Of a stretch of 64,000 bases of DNA, positions 25,442-38,450 are shown piece after piece. Each line of letters starts with the position of its first letter. Positions within the stretch are counted from its first letter, which is position 1. Location: positions 19,718,001 through 19,782,000 of the forward strand of contig OZ076409.1 in NCBI GenBank assembly GCA_964187785.1, given 5' to 3'. A program made the position numbers and the translations under genes. The notes under the pieces were generated by a model. The model was not told the DNA's origin. It saw only the letters and a list, made by a program, of their open reading frames with translations, and did not search any database. The DNA comes from Amphiscolops sp. MND2022 (lineage: Eukaryota).

Positions 25442-25815
25442 TTTTTTTAGTCGGCGCATTTTGTACGAAAATGCGCCCGACTGTTACAATGACTAGTGTT
25501 TTTTTCAAGGCCACAGAAAACATTCGAATGGTCCAAGAGTCGGTTTGTTCACGCTGCAAGTTTGTCCGATCTGCAAAGGCCCCCTTCGGTTTTTCCCGTG
25601 TTTCATTTTTCAGAAAGACGTTTTTCAAACCTAAAGACGTTTTTCGGCACTGGGCGACTTCTGATGTTTTCATTAAGATAATAAAAGCGTTTTTCGTGGC
25701 ATCAGACTGCCCGTTCGGATGTTTTTACCAATCTGAATATTATGAAAATTTCCCAAAAGCCATCCTGGGCATTACTATTAGACTTTGCGCTTTAAGTGGG
25801 GCGCCGAGTCTTTTT
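25442..25815 (+). mobile_element. HINE family A variant (degenerate) in a RhoGAP intron
   Basis: TTTTTAGTCGGCGCATTTTGTACGAAAATGCGCCCGACT 5' hairpin; GGCGCCGAGT near 25800. Confidence 0.6.
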
Positions 25816-26040
25816 TGGAGATTTCTTGAATATTTCGTTTCGTTTTCAGGTCACCAAGAATCTTTTATTCACCATTGCGTAAGTCATACTGATTGTAAGC
25901 TGATCACGTGCACATTAGAGCCCAAAATCGCGACCTCCAGAAGTTGCAACTGTCGTCTCCTTGAGATCTTTCACACTTGCCTACTGGCGAAAATTTTTCC
26001 ACCTAGATATGTGAAATAAATTTGCTTTACCTTGAAAGGG

Positions 26041-26198
26041 ACCGTTTAAATGGGACACGCGTATAAGAGACAACGCTTAATTAGCACGCATATTTCGGTC
26101 CCCTGGCCCTGTTAATTGTACTACTGATATAGGAGACAACGGATATAGTAGACAAGAGTACCCGGTCACGAGGCGTCCCACATAAGCGGTTTCCACTG
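26041..26198. mobile_element. Tc1/pogo-like MITE remnant ending 18 bp before the last RhoGAP acceptor
   Basis: Right end reads TA|CAGTGGAAACCGCTTATGTGGGAC on the minus strand; the left partner ACCGTTTAAATGGGAC is truncated. Confidence 0.5.
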
Positions 26199-26216
26199 TA
26201 TTCACATATATTTTAG

Positions 26217-26821
26217 ATCAAACATCGAACGACAAGCAGAAATCGGTGCTAAAAAATCTTTTCAAGAGGTCGATGCGAAGAGAGTCGATAGACCAATCGG
26301 ACTCTGCTTCTTCGTCCTCTGCAATGGCTGCTGCCTCCTCTTCTGCGGCTGCCCCCTCCTCGGCTGTGATGAACGCCAGTGGCGTCGCAACCGGGGCAAA
26401 CTGCTCTAATTCTTTTCTACCTCGCCAGCTGAACGTGTGTCTGAGCCACAACACCACCGTGTACGTCGACACTGAGATGTGTCCCACTGTGGGTGCTGTC
26501 ATGGACTACATCAAACGCAGCACTGGACCCATCCACAAGATGAACTTCGCCTCTACTTCCAGTACCCCCAGCACTCCTTTCTCCTCTTCCAGCAGTGGCT
26601 GCTCTCCCGGTGGGGGTGGAGACGCTTCTTCGGGGGATGAAGCATCCTGTTACTCACAAGACGGCTGGATGAAAGCCATCAACGGAGATCCTTCCAAAAA
26701 GCTCTATCTTTTCGAAATGGGCGGAAACATTTCAAAGAGATGTTTAACTGACGAGAGTGCTTCGATGAGCAAACTGTTATCTTTGAACCCAGGTGCTACT
26801 TGGACTGTAGAATTTCGTTGA
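26217..26821 (+). CDS. ARHGAP18: RhoGAP terminal exon
   Basis: ttttag|AT; C-terminal LFEMGGNISKRCL...LNPGATW, matching the ARHGAP18/28 tail; stop TGA; AATAAA near 27104. Confidence 0.9.
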
Positions 26822-27881
26822 TATTTGTGACTGAACAGTCACGCTTTTCAGACCCAACCAATCCCTCAATTTGAACATTTGTAAAATGCAGGGAAATAAC
26901 GAGTGATTCCGCTTTTCCATGCTTCCAGTGACTTCCTTTGCCCGTTGAAAGTCTCATGCTGATTTTTTAATAGGTGCAATACGAAACCGTCAAAACTTCA
27001 GTTAGATTTCAGAGAATGGTATGAAATATGACATGAAAATATTAAAATCGAGACTTTTGATGAAATGTTTGCTGCTGCGATTTCGCTTTCTCAGCTTTGG
27101 GCAAATAAATTTGTTGAAATAGATTCATTCATAGCAGTACGTTTGCACTTGTTTCTATATTATAGTTGATAAATAATGTTTATTGAAGCGTCCTTTTCGG
27201 TATCGCAGCCTTCTGGAAAGGCGGCGGCATCTGTTTTGCATCAAGATACAAAAGCCATTAAATTAGAATGTTTGTACAATTAGTTTGTGGAGCAGTTATT
27301 TCATATCTAGAGAATGTAAACATTCGACGACCTTCGCTCTGAATCTAAATGCTTTAATGCCGCCATGATTGAAGATAGACAGACAAATCTTTGAGATGGC
27401 ACTAGATGAAATGAAATAGCTAAAAGCCTCGAACACTCCAGATCTAAAACTGTACATGCTGACACTGTAAACATTTGTAAATAAAAATGATCAACAAACA
27501 ACACTACATGGTATTAGAAGAGCTTTTCAATCATGTGTGAAAAATTGAATATTCAAAATATTTATTTTCCAAATTCCATTCAAATTGAAATTTATTCTAT
27601 TCAGTTTCATGTTTTCTTTTGTCTGTAAGACACTTTTGGCATTGAGCAAGTTGAATGTCCCCGGTTGATCTTCATTGATGCTCAGTAGAAGCACCATCAT
27701 AGAATGAAACTCAATTGACCAAAACTCTGCGTGTCGTACGCCGAATACTGTACCTCCGTTTTTCAATGATTTTTGAATGGCATTGCAATAAATAAGTTCA
27801 TCTCCTATCTGCAGAGCGTAGCTACTAGAACAAATGTACTTCAAATATTGCCTACCATGAAAATTTTGAGGATTGTAAACA

Positions 27882-28103
27882 TTTTTAGTCGACGCTTCAT
27901 GAAGTGAAACGCGACTATTATAGTGACTTTTTTAATCCACACGAACTGACCAAAATAGTTCTACAAAGTCCAATACCCGGCGCGCTAATTCGGTTTAACC
28001 TTTGGATTTTTCGGATATTGTAAAAGAATCCTGGACATTTGAAAGTCCTTTGCTATTTTTGAGCCTTAGATATGGCGCCAACTTATGCCGTTCCCGGCTT
28101 GTT
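27882..28103 (+). mobile_element. HINE family A, short copy
   Basis: TTTTTAGTCGACGCTTCATGAAGTGAAACGCGACT ... GATATGGCGCCAACTTATGCCGTTCCCGGCTTGTT. Confidence 0.8.
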
Positions 28104-29021
28104 AAACTTTATTAGTGATTTCTGGCACTGGTAAACAAGTCAAAAAAATGTTTAATGCCCCCCTCCCCAATGTTCGTCTTTGAGTGCTTTCAATTTTTCC
28201 GAACATTTTCGCAGCACACACAAATTATTGGATGCAAAAAGGCTATCTTTTTGCTCAATTAGTGATTTTATTAGATTGAAACTAATCGGTCTTATTGCTC
28301 TAATTTTAGCTGATGAGGTAGCATTTTTTCCAATTTGACAATTTCATCGTTCCTAAATAGGGCAACTTTAATTGTCAATGACCTTGTGCAGATAGTTCAA
28401 AACAGAAGAAAAAAAATCATAACGAAGATTTGCAGCACCACATTTTTATCTTTTTAGTGTAAACAAGTCTTGCCGATCAAACACAATCTATCCTAAAGTT
28501 AGTTTCTATTATACGATGCCTCTGTCCCCTACTTTTTCAACTTCCATGATTTTTCAACTTCAGAATATATTTATCAAGCAATCCTATACATTACATCTTT
28601 GACAGTTTGATCTAAAATCTGATATCTGACTGGAAAAATCACTTTTGACAAAAAAATTGAAAAAAAATTCTGCAGAAAGTCTCAAATTGGCAAAAAGGAG
28701 CTTTAAGCTTGCAAAACGCGTTTCTCAAGCCAAGAACTTTAAAAATAAGGAAGTACCCTTTGACCGAATCGATTTTTTTGAAAAATCTAAGGAGCCCTCA
28801 ATGCTTGCGAAACGCTGTGTCTGCTAAGAATTGAAGGAGGGCAAATCGATTAATTCAAAAAAATTAGAAAAGTCGCACAGCACCGAAAAAAAACCAAGAG
28901 GGGACCATTTGGCCTTTCCTCTACTTTTGCAAGCATAAATAAAAACTAATTGAAAATTGCCGAAAAATGCAGATTCGAAAAAAGTGCCGAAATCCAGAAG
29001 AGGAAATTTGGGCTTTAGGCA

Positions 29022-29260
29022 TTTTAGGAGTCGGAAAAAAATTTCGACTACTTATGCAATCATGACGTTTTTTTTTCTCCCGACCTTTCATGAAAACTTC
29101 AAATTTCTCAAAAACTGTACATCTACACCCAAAGGGGCCCCCTGCATGCGCAAAGGCATCAAAATTGTATGACTGGAATGTGAGAAAAATAGCCAACATT
29201 AGCCCAAAAATAGCCAAATAATGGCCATTTTCGACTTTGAGTTTCGCAAAAACTGTCCAG
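29022..29260 (+). mobile_element. HINE family D, 5' portion
   Basis: TTTTAGGAGTCGGAAAAAAATTTCGACTACTTATGC and the following sequence are homologous to 10874-11150. Confidence 0.75.
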
Positions 29261-29492
29261 ACGGCAAAAGCGTTGACCAAAGACGCTAGTCATTGTCACA
29301 GTCGGGCATATTTTCATAACGGGCACAAAATAGCGCGATTTATCAACAGTTTTTTCGAAAGTCACAAATTTTGGTTTTCTGGGGCTTTCATTTAAAGGAA
29401 ATCGTTTATCGGGTCTTAAAGTGACATCTTCGTTCATTGTCGGCACTGCAGGAATGATCACAGTTTTTCAATGTTTTTCTTGAGTATATATA

Positions 29493-29830
29493 AACAAGCC
29501 GGGAACAGCTTAAGTCGGCGCCATATCTAAGGCTCTAAAATAGCAAAAAGAACTGAAAGTATCAAAGTATTCTTTTCTACAGTACCCAAAAAACCCAAAG
29601 GTTGGACCGAATTGGTGGGACCCTTTAGTCTCGCCCAGTTTTGTATATTATGCTAAAAAAGAACAACTCTTATAGTCCAGTTCCCGTGCCAAATTTACAC
29701 TTTGGCGCCTTAAAATTTTGTAGAACTTTTAGGGGAACTATTTTCGTCACTTCAGGTGTATCGAAAAAAAACACGACGAAAAGCCATGACTATAGTCGAC
29801 TCTTTTCTACAGAAAAGTGCCGACTAAAAA
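29493..29830 (-). mobile_element. HINE family A copy
   Basis: AACAAGCCGGGAAC..AAGTCGGCGCCATATC at the left end; GTGCCGACTAAAAA at the right end. Confidence 0.8.
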
Positions 29831-29923
29831 AGGGGAAAAAGTCACAATGATGGTTGGCCTAGTTTCCATTCCAAGACGACAACAGTACGCGTTTTGAAAG
29901 CCTTCTCTTCTCAAATCGGGACT

Positions 29924-30319
29924 CAGGGTTGGCATATTATAATCACGTGATTATAATCAACGATCATAATCACGATTACATCATCAAGCTTTGCGATTCT
30001 AACATTTCAGGCCAATGAGATTCGAGAACATAAACATTTGCAGGTCAATTTTTGCCGTCAACAGCTTCCTTGGAGCGTTTATTCAGCACTTTTGGATGGG
30101 TCCATTCGAAAGAGAGAAACCGTCTCGGGACAGAAAAGGCTGCAAAACTTGTTTTTTTTTTTGTAAAAATTCTGAACTGATTTGCTCGAAATTCAAGTTT
30201 TTGGCCACTTTTTCTATGTTTCTCGTTTAATCTGATTATAATCAATAATCCGTGATAATAATCAATATAATCATGATTATGGATTTTATCGCGATTTAAT
30301 CCAAAAAATGCCAACCCTT
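29924..30319 (+). mobile_element. Internally deleted hAT transposon retaining the dimerization-domain coding remnant
   Basis: TIRs CAGGGTTGGCA / TGCCAACCCT(t); TSD TCGGGACT / TCGGGACA; subterminal ATAATC/GATTAT repeats; 30052-30156 encodes PSTASLERLFSTFGWVHSKERNRLGTEKAAKLVF. Confidence 0.85.
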
Positions 30320-31149
30320 TCGGGACATAACTTTCCGCGCAATTGCAGCAACTTGTTTACATTTCCACCCTACAGACTAAAAACGTATTGTTTTTGGCTC
30401 CTGCGCGACTTTCCATAGCAGTTTTTTCTTTTCATTAGAGGTCCGCTGCTTCAATTTTGAGGTTTTCTGTTGAAAATTGTAATTTTTGAGCCTTTCGTTG
30501 TCACAAGTACTGTTACATTCGCAGTGTGCAATTTTTTCGACTTCAATTTTTGAAGAAAGTCACAGTTTCGATTTTTGAAACATTTCCAGCTACGACAGAA
30601 TCTTTTCAACCATAAAGTACGCCCTGTAAAACTTTTTGGTTCCTGTCCAATTCATTGAAAATTGTTCTCACCATATAGTTCTCCCAGAGTGGGAAAAGAC
30701 AATCCGAAAAAGAACTTCTGTGTTTTTCAGTCTGCTGTATTCGAAGCTATATGCTTTTTTAAGACCAGCGAACTGTCATTTCTATAAGCGCCAGCTTATG
30801 ATAGTAACTTAGTTTCCTTAGTACCTTCTAACAGTCACTTGCAGTAGGAGTCACCTAAAACTTTTGAGAAAGTGTGACATGTATGAAAAGCAGGTGTACG
30901 TGGGTTCGCGTCTCGCACTAAACCGAAATTTTCATGCTAGCAAAAGTAGAGGGGAGATTAAAGGGTCCCCATTGAATTTATTTTGGATTTATGCAATTTT
31001 TTGTTAAATGTTTGAATCCGAAATCCTCTTCCTCAATTTTTAGCAGAATCAAAGCGTTTTGCATAGAGGGCGACTATTCGTTTTTTTCGGTACTATTCGA
31101 CTTACCGACGAATTAAGAAAAAATACTTCGACAAAATGTTCGACCGTCA

Positions 31150-31512
31150 TTTTTGGTTGGCGCTTCATACAGTGAAACGCGACTGTTATAGTGACTCTTT
31201 TTTTATTCCGCACGAACTGACAAAAATAGTTCAACAAAGTTCTACGAAAATTTATGGTATCAATTTAAGCCATTTGGTCTAGAAAACCGAACCAAAAAGG
31301 TTTTTCCCTTTTTTCCGCGTCACATACACTACCGGGCGAGACTAAATGGTCCCCGTTTAGATTTTTTTGGAATTCTAAAGCGTTTTCTCGAAATTTTTTT
31401 TCAATGATTTCAAAGGGTCCACTTTCAATTTGTTTGATGTTTTGCAACAGAAATGTTGAAAAATCTCAAGGAGTCCCCTTTTTAGCCACCTTGTGCTGTT
31501 CCGGGCTTGTTT
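31150..31512 (+). mobile_element. HINE family A copy (degenerate)
   Basis: TTTTTGGTTGGCGCTTCATACAGTGAAACGCGACT ... CCGGGCTTGTT. Confidence 0.7.
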
Positions 31513-32771
31513 TTCGTTTCTTGAGGGTTTCTGTAGAGGAAACTCCTTCCGAGACTTGACGGAGACAACTTCGATTATTTTTTGATCCTGTGAAACTGAT
31601 GAATTTTCTCAATGATTGTAGAAAAGACCTACGGCTTTTTTCGTCATAATGCGACTTTTATTCGATAAAATTTTTATTTGCACGAAGTGTACCCCTTCAG
31701 TTTTTTAAAATGTTTTCAGCATTTGGCGAGCTCAAGGCTTCCTTTTTGGTACAAAAAAATGTGATTTTTAACGAAAAAAAAATATTTGAAAAATTCAATT
31801 TTTGAAACAAATTTTGATTTTTTTGAGTTCCCAGTTTGCCAATCTTATGCGCATCCTTTTGCATATTTAAATTTTTTTTTACCTTGAGCAGAAGGCCGAC
31901 TTGGGCCATTCCCACTTGTTTCCACTTGAACTATAAGAATACTCTAATGGATATTCATTGCAACGAAGAAAGCGCTAGAAGAAAAAAGAACTCACGGCCT
32001 CCTGTCTGCCAAACGGACGCACTACCAGCTGGGCCACCGTGACTAAATTATTCAAATACGAAATGAAAGATAAAGTGGAGATTTGGCAGAATTTGTACTA
32101 AAATGATGAACAGAGGAGAAATTTTCTTTCATATTGCCCCTTGGGATCCAAAAGAAAAATATGCGGGAGCCGATTTTCAGATCATAAGAGACAATTTAGT
32201 TGAGACGATTCTGTTGCTTTTCGTTTTCGAACTATTTAGTGCTGTAATTGCCGCGTTTTTGCCCGAAGACCTCCTAAAACTTTGATTGAAAACAACGCAC
32301 TACCACTGCGCCTCTTGTTAAAAGTTAGTTAGAGTTTTTAATGGTCCCTACTGACATATGAGAAAATTACTCGTTGAGCTGCGTTTTTCCCATTCATTTC
32401 ACGAGGTTCCAATTTGAACCCAAATTATGAATGTTCCAAGATAAAATACAACATCAGGTAAAATTATGCTCGTGGAATTTTGATCTTTGTAAAAGTTACA
32501 AAACAAACAACGCTTCAAAATCACCTTAAAATGATCCCAAACATCCCAAAGTTTTCAAAATGTACGTATTTTTGACCTCTTTTTAGGGCGAATTGATGTG
32601 CAGTTTTCGAATATTATTTTGGATATGAACAAATGCAGAAATCAAAAAAAATAATCCCTTATTTTATACACTTTTTGTTTCGGAAATCCAGATCTATGTG
32701 AATAAATACGAATCAAAATTAACAAGCAGTAACAAATTTTTGAAATTTAGAAATTCTTTTACTTAGCTTAT

Positions 32772-33214
32772 TTTTAGTTGGCGCGTTTCGGAGAAAAAAC
32801 TATAGTGGCTTTTTTATAGACCGGTTAACTCACTGAGTTAAGTTCCTTCTCAGTTTTCCATTACTCACTTTCATAAGTTTTCTATAAGTTTCTATATTCT
32901 CTATATCCTCTTTCTATACTACTATATACGAAGATTTGACGTTATATTAGAAGTAAAGTGTGTTTTACTAGAGGAGCTTCGAATCTTATTTTTCGAGTTC
33001 AATTGTTTGTTTCTTTCCAAAATTGGAAGAAAAGCTCACTATATCTGAATTTATGACCATATATCCGACATAATTGATATTTCTGGTGAGACTAAAAGCA
33101 AAAAAGGCCCCTTTAGGCTCAAAAGGCCCCCTTTCGATTTTTTTGATACTGTGAAATCGAGAATTGATAGAAAAAGTATCTTTGAAGTACTTTTGCTCTT
33201 TTTCCCCGGCTTGT
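32772..33214 (+). mobile_element. HINE family A variant (degenerate)
   Basis: TTTTTAGTTGGCGCG...CTATAGTGG head; CCCCGGCTTGTT tail. Confidence 0.6.
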
Positions 33215-33479
33215 TTATTATAGACATCTTATGTTTGTTATGCAATAATTCTCATATTTCTGACACTTTCAAATAAAGGTTTTCACGAAGGTGACAGACG
33301 AAACGGAAACTTAGAGTACCTTTTGATCTAGTCCTCCGAAGTTTATTTTACGAAACTACCCATTAGATGCAAAAAATCCCGTTTTTTATTTTGTTCACTT
33401 CTTGTCTAATTTCTGTATGTTTTCAGGAGCATGAGTCTCCGTAGAGTTGAGATGATGTACACAGCACGTTTTTTGGAAG

Positions 33480-33975
33480 AACAAGACGAGAACGTCTAAA
33501 GTCGACGCTACATCTAAGGCTCAAAAAGCGCAAAACATTTTTTGGAAAGAAACTTGAAATTTTTGAAATTATTTCTTTAGAAAAATGTCGCATAGTGCCG
33601 AAAATGTGAAAAGGGGGCCCTTTTGGATTTATTAACATACATTCTGTTGCAAAATTTCAAAAACTCGAAGGGGAAAAAGTAAAAAATGAAAGGGGGACCC
33701 TTTGGCGACAAAAAAATTTTCGAAAAGAAATCGCACAGTGCCGAAAAAAATCGAAAGTGGGGGACTATTTATTCCCGTCCGGCTTTGTAGGTTTCTTTGA
33801 GAAAGTAAAAAATGAAAGGGGGACCCTTTGGACTAAGTTTGCCTTAGCCTTAGGTGGTTTCAGGATTGTTTCTAAAAAAGTGGACCGATCAGTGTGAGGA
33901 TTGTAGTCTGAAGAAAAAAAGGTCACTGCTATAGTTGTGCATTTTTCCTTAGAAGGAAAACGCGCTGACTAAAAA
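33480..33975 (-). mobile_element. HINE family A variant
   Basis: AACAAGACGAGAACGTCTAAAGTCGACGC at the left end; GCGCTGACTAAAAA at the right end. Confidence 0.8.
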
Positions 33976-34298
33976 TGAGATTTTTGTTTGGGAACGGCCT
34001 GCGACCAAGAACATTGAAATTCACAGTTTTTGATAAAGAGAATTAAAGAACAGAGTTCCAACGATTTACAGTTTCGTCTCTGATTTATGTAAATGACCAT
34101 ACTCATGAAACCATTCGAAAATTGTACAACAATAGTTTAACACAGTCAAAATTTGATAATAAAATTTCTATTTTCAGAGCTTGGTTAAAACTGCTTGAAC
34201 TTTTTGCATGTACTTTAATGTTGCCAGCAATTTTCATTATGATTTTCCTAAATTCTTACAGAAATTTTCATGAAAACTAGTTATTATAGTCTGTTATA

Positions 34299-35502
34299 TT
34301 TACACTTGCGATAAGCAAGTGTTATGGGAAAGTGCGGGTGCTTTTTTTTCCGCGCGACAACTCTCTGATTTCACGCGGCAACTCGCACGTTTCACGCGTT
34401 CGTGGTCTAGTGGTAAGATGCTTGCTTTTCAACCCAAAGGTTTCGTGTTCGAACCCGTGGGTCCGCGCTAATTTTTTTACAAGTATTCCGAAGCAGAAGG
34501 TTCTGACTTTTTTCGGCATTATGAGACTTTTCGGCTTTGTGAGACGTTTTTTCGGCTTTGTGAGACTTTTTTTTCGAAATTTTTCAAATGTCCCCAAAGA
34601 GTCCTCCTTTCATTTTTTTTTGATTTTTTGCAAGAGAACGAATGTTAAAAGATCCCAAAGGGTCCCTTTTTTCAGAATTTTCGGCACTATGAGACTGTTC
34701 AAAATTCTAATTTTTTTTCAAAATTTTTTTAGACTCCTTTATTTTTTTCAAAAATTTTTTAATGTCCCCAAAGAGTCCTCCTTTCATTTTTTTTGATATT
34801 TTGCAAGAGAACAAATGTTAAAAAATCCCAAAGGGTCCCTTTTTTCAGAGTTTTCGGCACAATGAGACTGTTCAAAATTCTAATTTTTTTTCAAAAATTT
34901 TTTAGACTCCCTTATTTTTTTCAAAAAATTTTTTAATGTCCCCAAAGCGTCCTCCTTTCAATTTTTTGATATCTTGCAACAGAACGAATGTTATAAAATC
35001 CTAAAGGGTCCCTTTTCCACATTTTTCGGCACTATGCGACTTAGCGGAAACTTCAAAAAAAATAGGAAAATTTTTTCTCAATTTTTAGTTTTAAAAGACC
35101 GTTTTTTAAAAGACCGATCTTTTTTCTATGCGATTTTTTTAAAATTTGTTTTCACCGAAGCCCCTGCTCAATTTTTACAAGAAACGAAACGTTTTGCGAG
35201 AGGACTCCTCAAGGCTTTGCGACTTACCGGAGACCATCAAAAATGTTTTCGAAAAATTTTGAATTTTTTTTCTTCTATTTTCTGTTTAAGGTTTTCCGTT
35301 GAGAAAGAATGGATTTTTTGCTGTTTTCAGTTGGGGAAGAATGGTTTTCGAGGCTTACGCGTATCCCTTCGGGTATTTTTTGGCGCTGTAAAATTGATGA
35401 AATTTTAATCTCCTTTTACCCTTGGTTTTCCGTATGATATTGCTTATTTGGTTTTCTTCAAAAGTTCGCAAGTGTTTGCGAAGCACGGCTTCGCCTCTGT
35501 GT
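34299..35502 (+). mobile_element. HINE family B, complete copy with a tRNA-Glu-like cassette and internal tandem duplications
   Basis: 5' hairpin ACACTTGCGATAAGCAAGTGT; 3' subTIR TCGCAAGTGT, palindrome GCGAAGCACGGCTTCGC, then CTCTGTGT. Closely similar to 62484-63341, with extra ~178-bp units. Confidence 0.9.
34396..34468 (+). other. tRNA-Glu(TTC)-like pseudo-tRNA (Pol III A and B boxes) inside a HINE-B
   Basis: A-box TGGTCTAGTGG at 34403, anticodon-like loop TTTTCAA, B-box GTTCGAACC at 34447; stems poorly paired. Confidence 0.65.
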
Positions 35503-35769
35503 CATAATTATTGAATTCTAGTGTATCTAAATACAGATCTGAATTGTTTCCATTGATTTCAAGCGGTTTTGCTTTTTATACTTTTCCAGTTTTGAGACCC
35601 GAAGGAGGCCACGTTTTCGTCGTGGGTCTCGTCAAGTGCGATACTATGTACCTCACGAGCTGAGTGCCTCCCTAAAAATATAGCATAAAGACGTCGGCAA
35701 GCAATTGCTGTGAACTATATGCACAGGTAGCTGCCATGTCCGACATTCTTACTACACTTTTTTCTTGAA

Positions 35770-35945
35770 CCATGGTTTTCATACTATATGCATGACATGA
35801 AACATGATGGTCATAGTATGATCATACTATGAAACATGGTCGCCATGGTAAGATCTTGGCAAGATCATGATCATGGAATGACCATGATCTAGTATGATCA
35901 TACTATGATCACAGCATGGTGAGTATGTTTGGTCAACCTGGGCAT
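35770..35945. repeat. CATG/GATC-rich repeat ending in GGTCAACCTGGG; related to 54630-54935
   Basis: Dense ATCATG/CCATGG units; the CCAGGTTGACCA motif is shared with 54660-54672 in inverted orientation. Confidence 0.5.
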
Positions 35946-38450
35946 GCCAAAATATTTCCCTGTTGTATTTAAAACTTATCAAGCTGCTTGAAAGATTCAT
36001 CAAAGTTTGGGCAGCAATTTTAAGCCTTGAAGTTTTGCAGGTTTCATTAAGCAACAGTTATAATTTTAAAAACAAATAGGTTTCTGTTAGTTTTACCGCT
36101 AAATTGTTGCAGTCGCGTAATAAACTGCAAATTAGCGTTATGTTCAGCGCGCTATTCGAGAAGCGGTGATCACATCAGATGAATACTTGTGAAAACAAAG
36201 TGATCGTGTCAGTGATTTGGTGGAATTTATTTTCAAATTTAATTACATTAGTTGAAAATGCAGCATAGTTGTACCTGATTTACCACCCGAAGTTCACTGA
36301 TTTTTCTAGGTTTTAAAAAAATACCCTGCACGCTGGTTTGTCAAAAGTTTCTGCAGTTTCAACTAGGGAGGGCATCCGAACAAAAAACATGAGATTTAGG
36401 GTCACTTTGAGGTTATTTCGAAGCACTTTCGTAAGCACCTTTGCTGGCTTTTATTTAACAAAAGATCAAATATCTCGGCACTTACGTTTTCTATGAACAT
36501 AGTTTTCCAGCAGTTGAAAATTGTGTGAGGTTCTTAATAATTTTGGTATTAAAAATTAAACATGGAAAATTGAAAAAAATGCTGCTCAAGCGATTGTTTT
36601 TTCTTTCCCCTAACGTGACATGGGCGGAAAACAACAAGCACGGGCATAACATGATTCGCAGATACTCTTGTTGAAAATTCTTCGTGAAAATACGCCTTTC
36701 TTTATTGAATACGCATAACTTTATTGAAACTGATATCGGAAGTCGCACTTTTAGGTATTGAACAACTTTCAAAAAGTTTTTTTTTCAAAAAATATCAGGA
36801 AGCGTATATGAAGTGTATATCAGAAGTGTATATGCTTTAGGAAAAAGTTCAATGGAAGTAGGACAGTTCGTCGTTTTTCAATAGAAAAGGAGCAGTTTTC
36901 TCTAGTGCTTGCCGTTCAAAATTTTAGCCAAAGATGATGAAACAATATATAGTTTGGTGTTCCTGGTTTCACGTCATTTTGCCTCGAATTTTTGAATTCG
37001 AGTGGTGTGGAAAATTTTGGTGGTAGTCATTCAACTATATTGAGTTTTCCACACAATATGATTCAAGTGAAAAACCAGCAGATTGTTCTGAGAACTTTAG
37101 TTTTCGAAAATCTGTTAGCAACTCTTGACAAAAAGTTGAAGTTATCTAATTCAAGATATTGTCTATTGCCAGTTAAATTTATTAAAATGTAACTGCTCTT
37201 TGAATATAATTTGAAAGAATGTTTCAAGTAAAAATTAACAAAAGTTTGGATACGTACAATCTCAAAAATTCAAACGAATTTCTGGATGAACTTCAAAAGA
37301 CGCTAAGACAGTTTGGCTACGTCAGAGAACGCAACGCAATTAGCCAATAAACTTTTTTGTTGCGTAGAAGTTTCTTTACTCCAGGTGGCTACAAATGTCA
37401 AAAAGGAAAATTGAATTTTGGAAGTCTCTGACCATCAATTGACAATCTTAGTCATTAGATATTCATACTCGTTTGAACTCAACTCACATCAAAGTTGCAC
37501 ATTATCTAGCAATATATTCTCGTCTTTCGTGTTTTGTGGAGAAATTGGAAACTCTTGAACTTAGCATTTGAATTTTTTCATTACTGAATTGGCAGCTAGT
37601 TTTTCGGTGGTGGCCAATTCAAGCTGAAACTTGCTAAAGGTGAGTTTTCAATCTATAAAAATGCAAAAAGCACTAAAAGGTTTGCCCCCCTTTGCCAATT
37701 TTTGTTTCAGAAAAAAAATAATTTATTTTGATGATACAAAATACAAAATAACTTTAAAAATGCCACAAAATATACTTATTGCCCAGAGTTTGTACTTAAC
37801 ATCAGTGCTTTAGTTATTACACATTCTATTATACCGCGCTTGAGGTATGAATAATTAATTATGTTTCCGGTCTTACATGTATTGGGTACTGTGGATATCT
37901 TGCGTGGGTACACAGTCAAGGGTTATACGTAGGAGAGCGAACTCATTGTTTTTGGGCAAAAATATTAGTACTCAACTACTGCTGGTTTCTAATCATCTCC
38001 CATGTTGCCACGTTACTGATGATGCAATGTTCAAATTTCATTCTAAAGGTGACCGTGTGTCGCCAAGAGGGCTTCCTTTGGAACTTTCTGCATTGTGAAA
38101 TTTTTCTGGCTAAAATTTTTCAACATTTTTATTGCAGTAATACTTCAAATTTTCTGAGATTTTTTCTTCACTTTGAACAAAAAGTTTTGTTTGAGATCCT
38201 CTTTGGCACTCTTGAACAAATGAACCTTTTGCGCCAAAAACTTTTTTCAAGAGGTTTGACAGTTCTCTCTCATTTTTTTTGTTTGATATTGTTGACCTTA
38301 GCGGTGAGTCACCTTTTCATTTGATACAGTGGAAATATAATTCGAAACCCTGTGTCAGTACTAGTTGGGCGCTAAAAACTTTTCCCATCAGCATATAATC
38401 GCACATTTGCATCAAGAAACTCTTTGTCGAATTCACATCTTCAAATGATT

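Noticed and set aside
25435..26019. 194-aa ORF in a RhoGAP intron
   Set aside because: Overlaps a degenerate HINE; no domain motifs
32181..32285. Possible MFS-like terminal exon (SAVIAAFLPED)
   Set aside because: Too short and no partner exons found
34396..34468. Functional tRNA gene
   Set aside because: Acceptor, anticodon and T stems pair poorly, and the sequence is embedded in a multi-copy repeat
34322..35408. ORFs of 90-150 aa here and at 39479-41318, 51131-51553, 62471-63246
   Set aside because: Phe/Lys-rich translations of non-coding HINE repeats with no protein motifs
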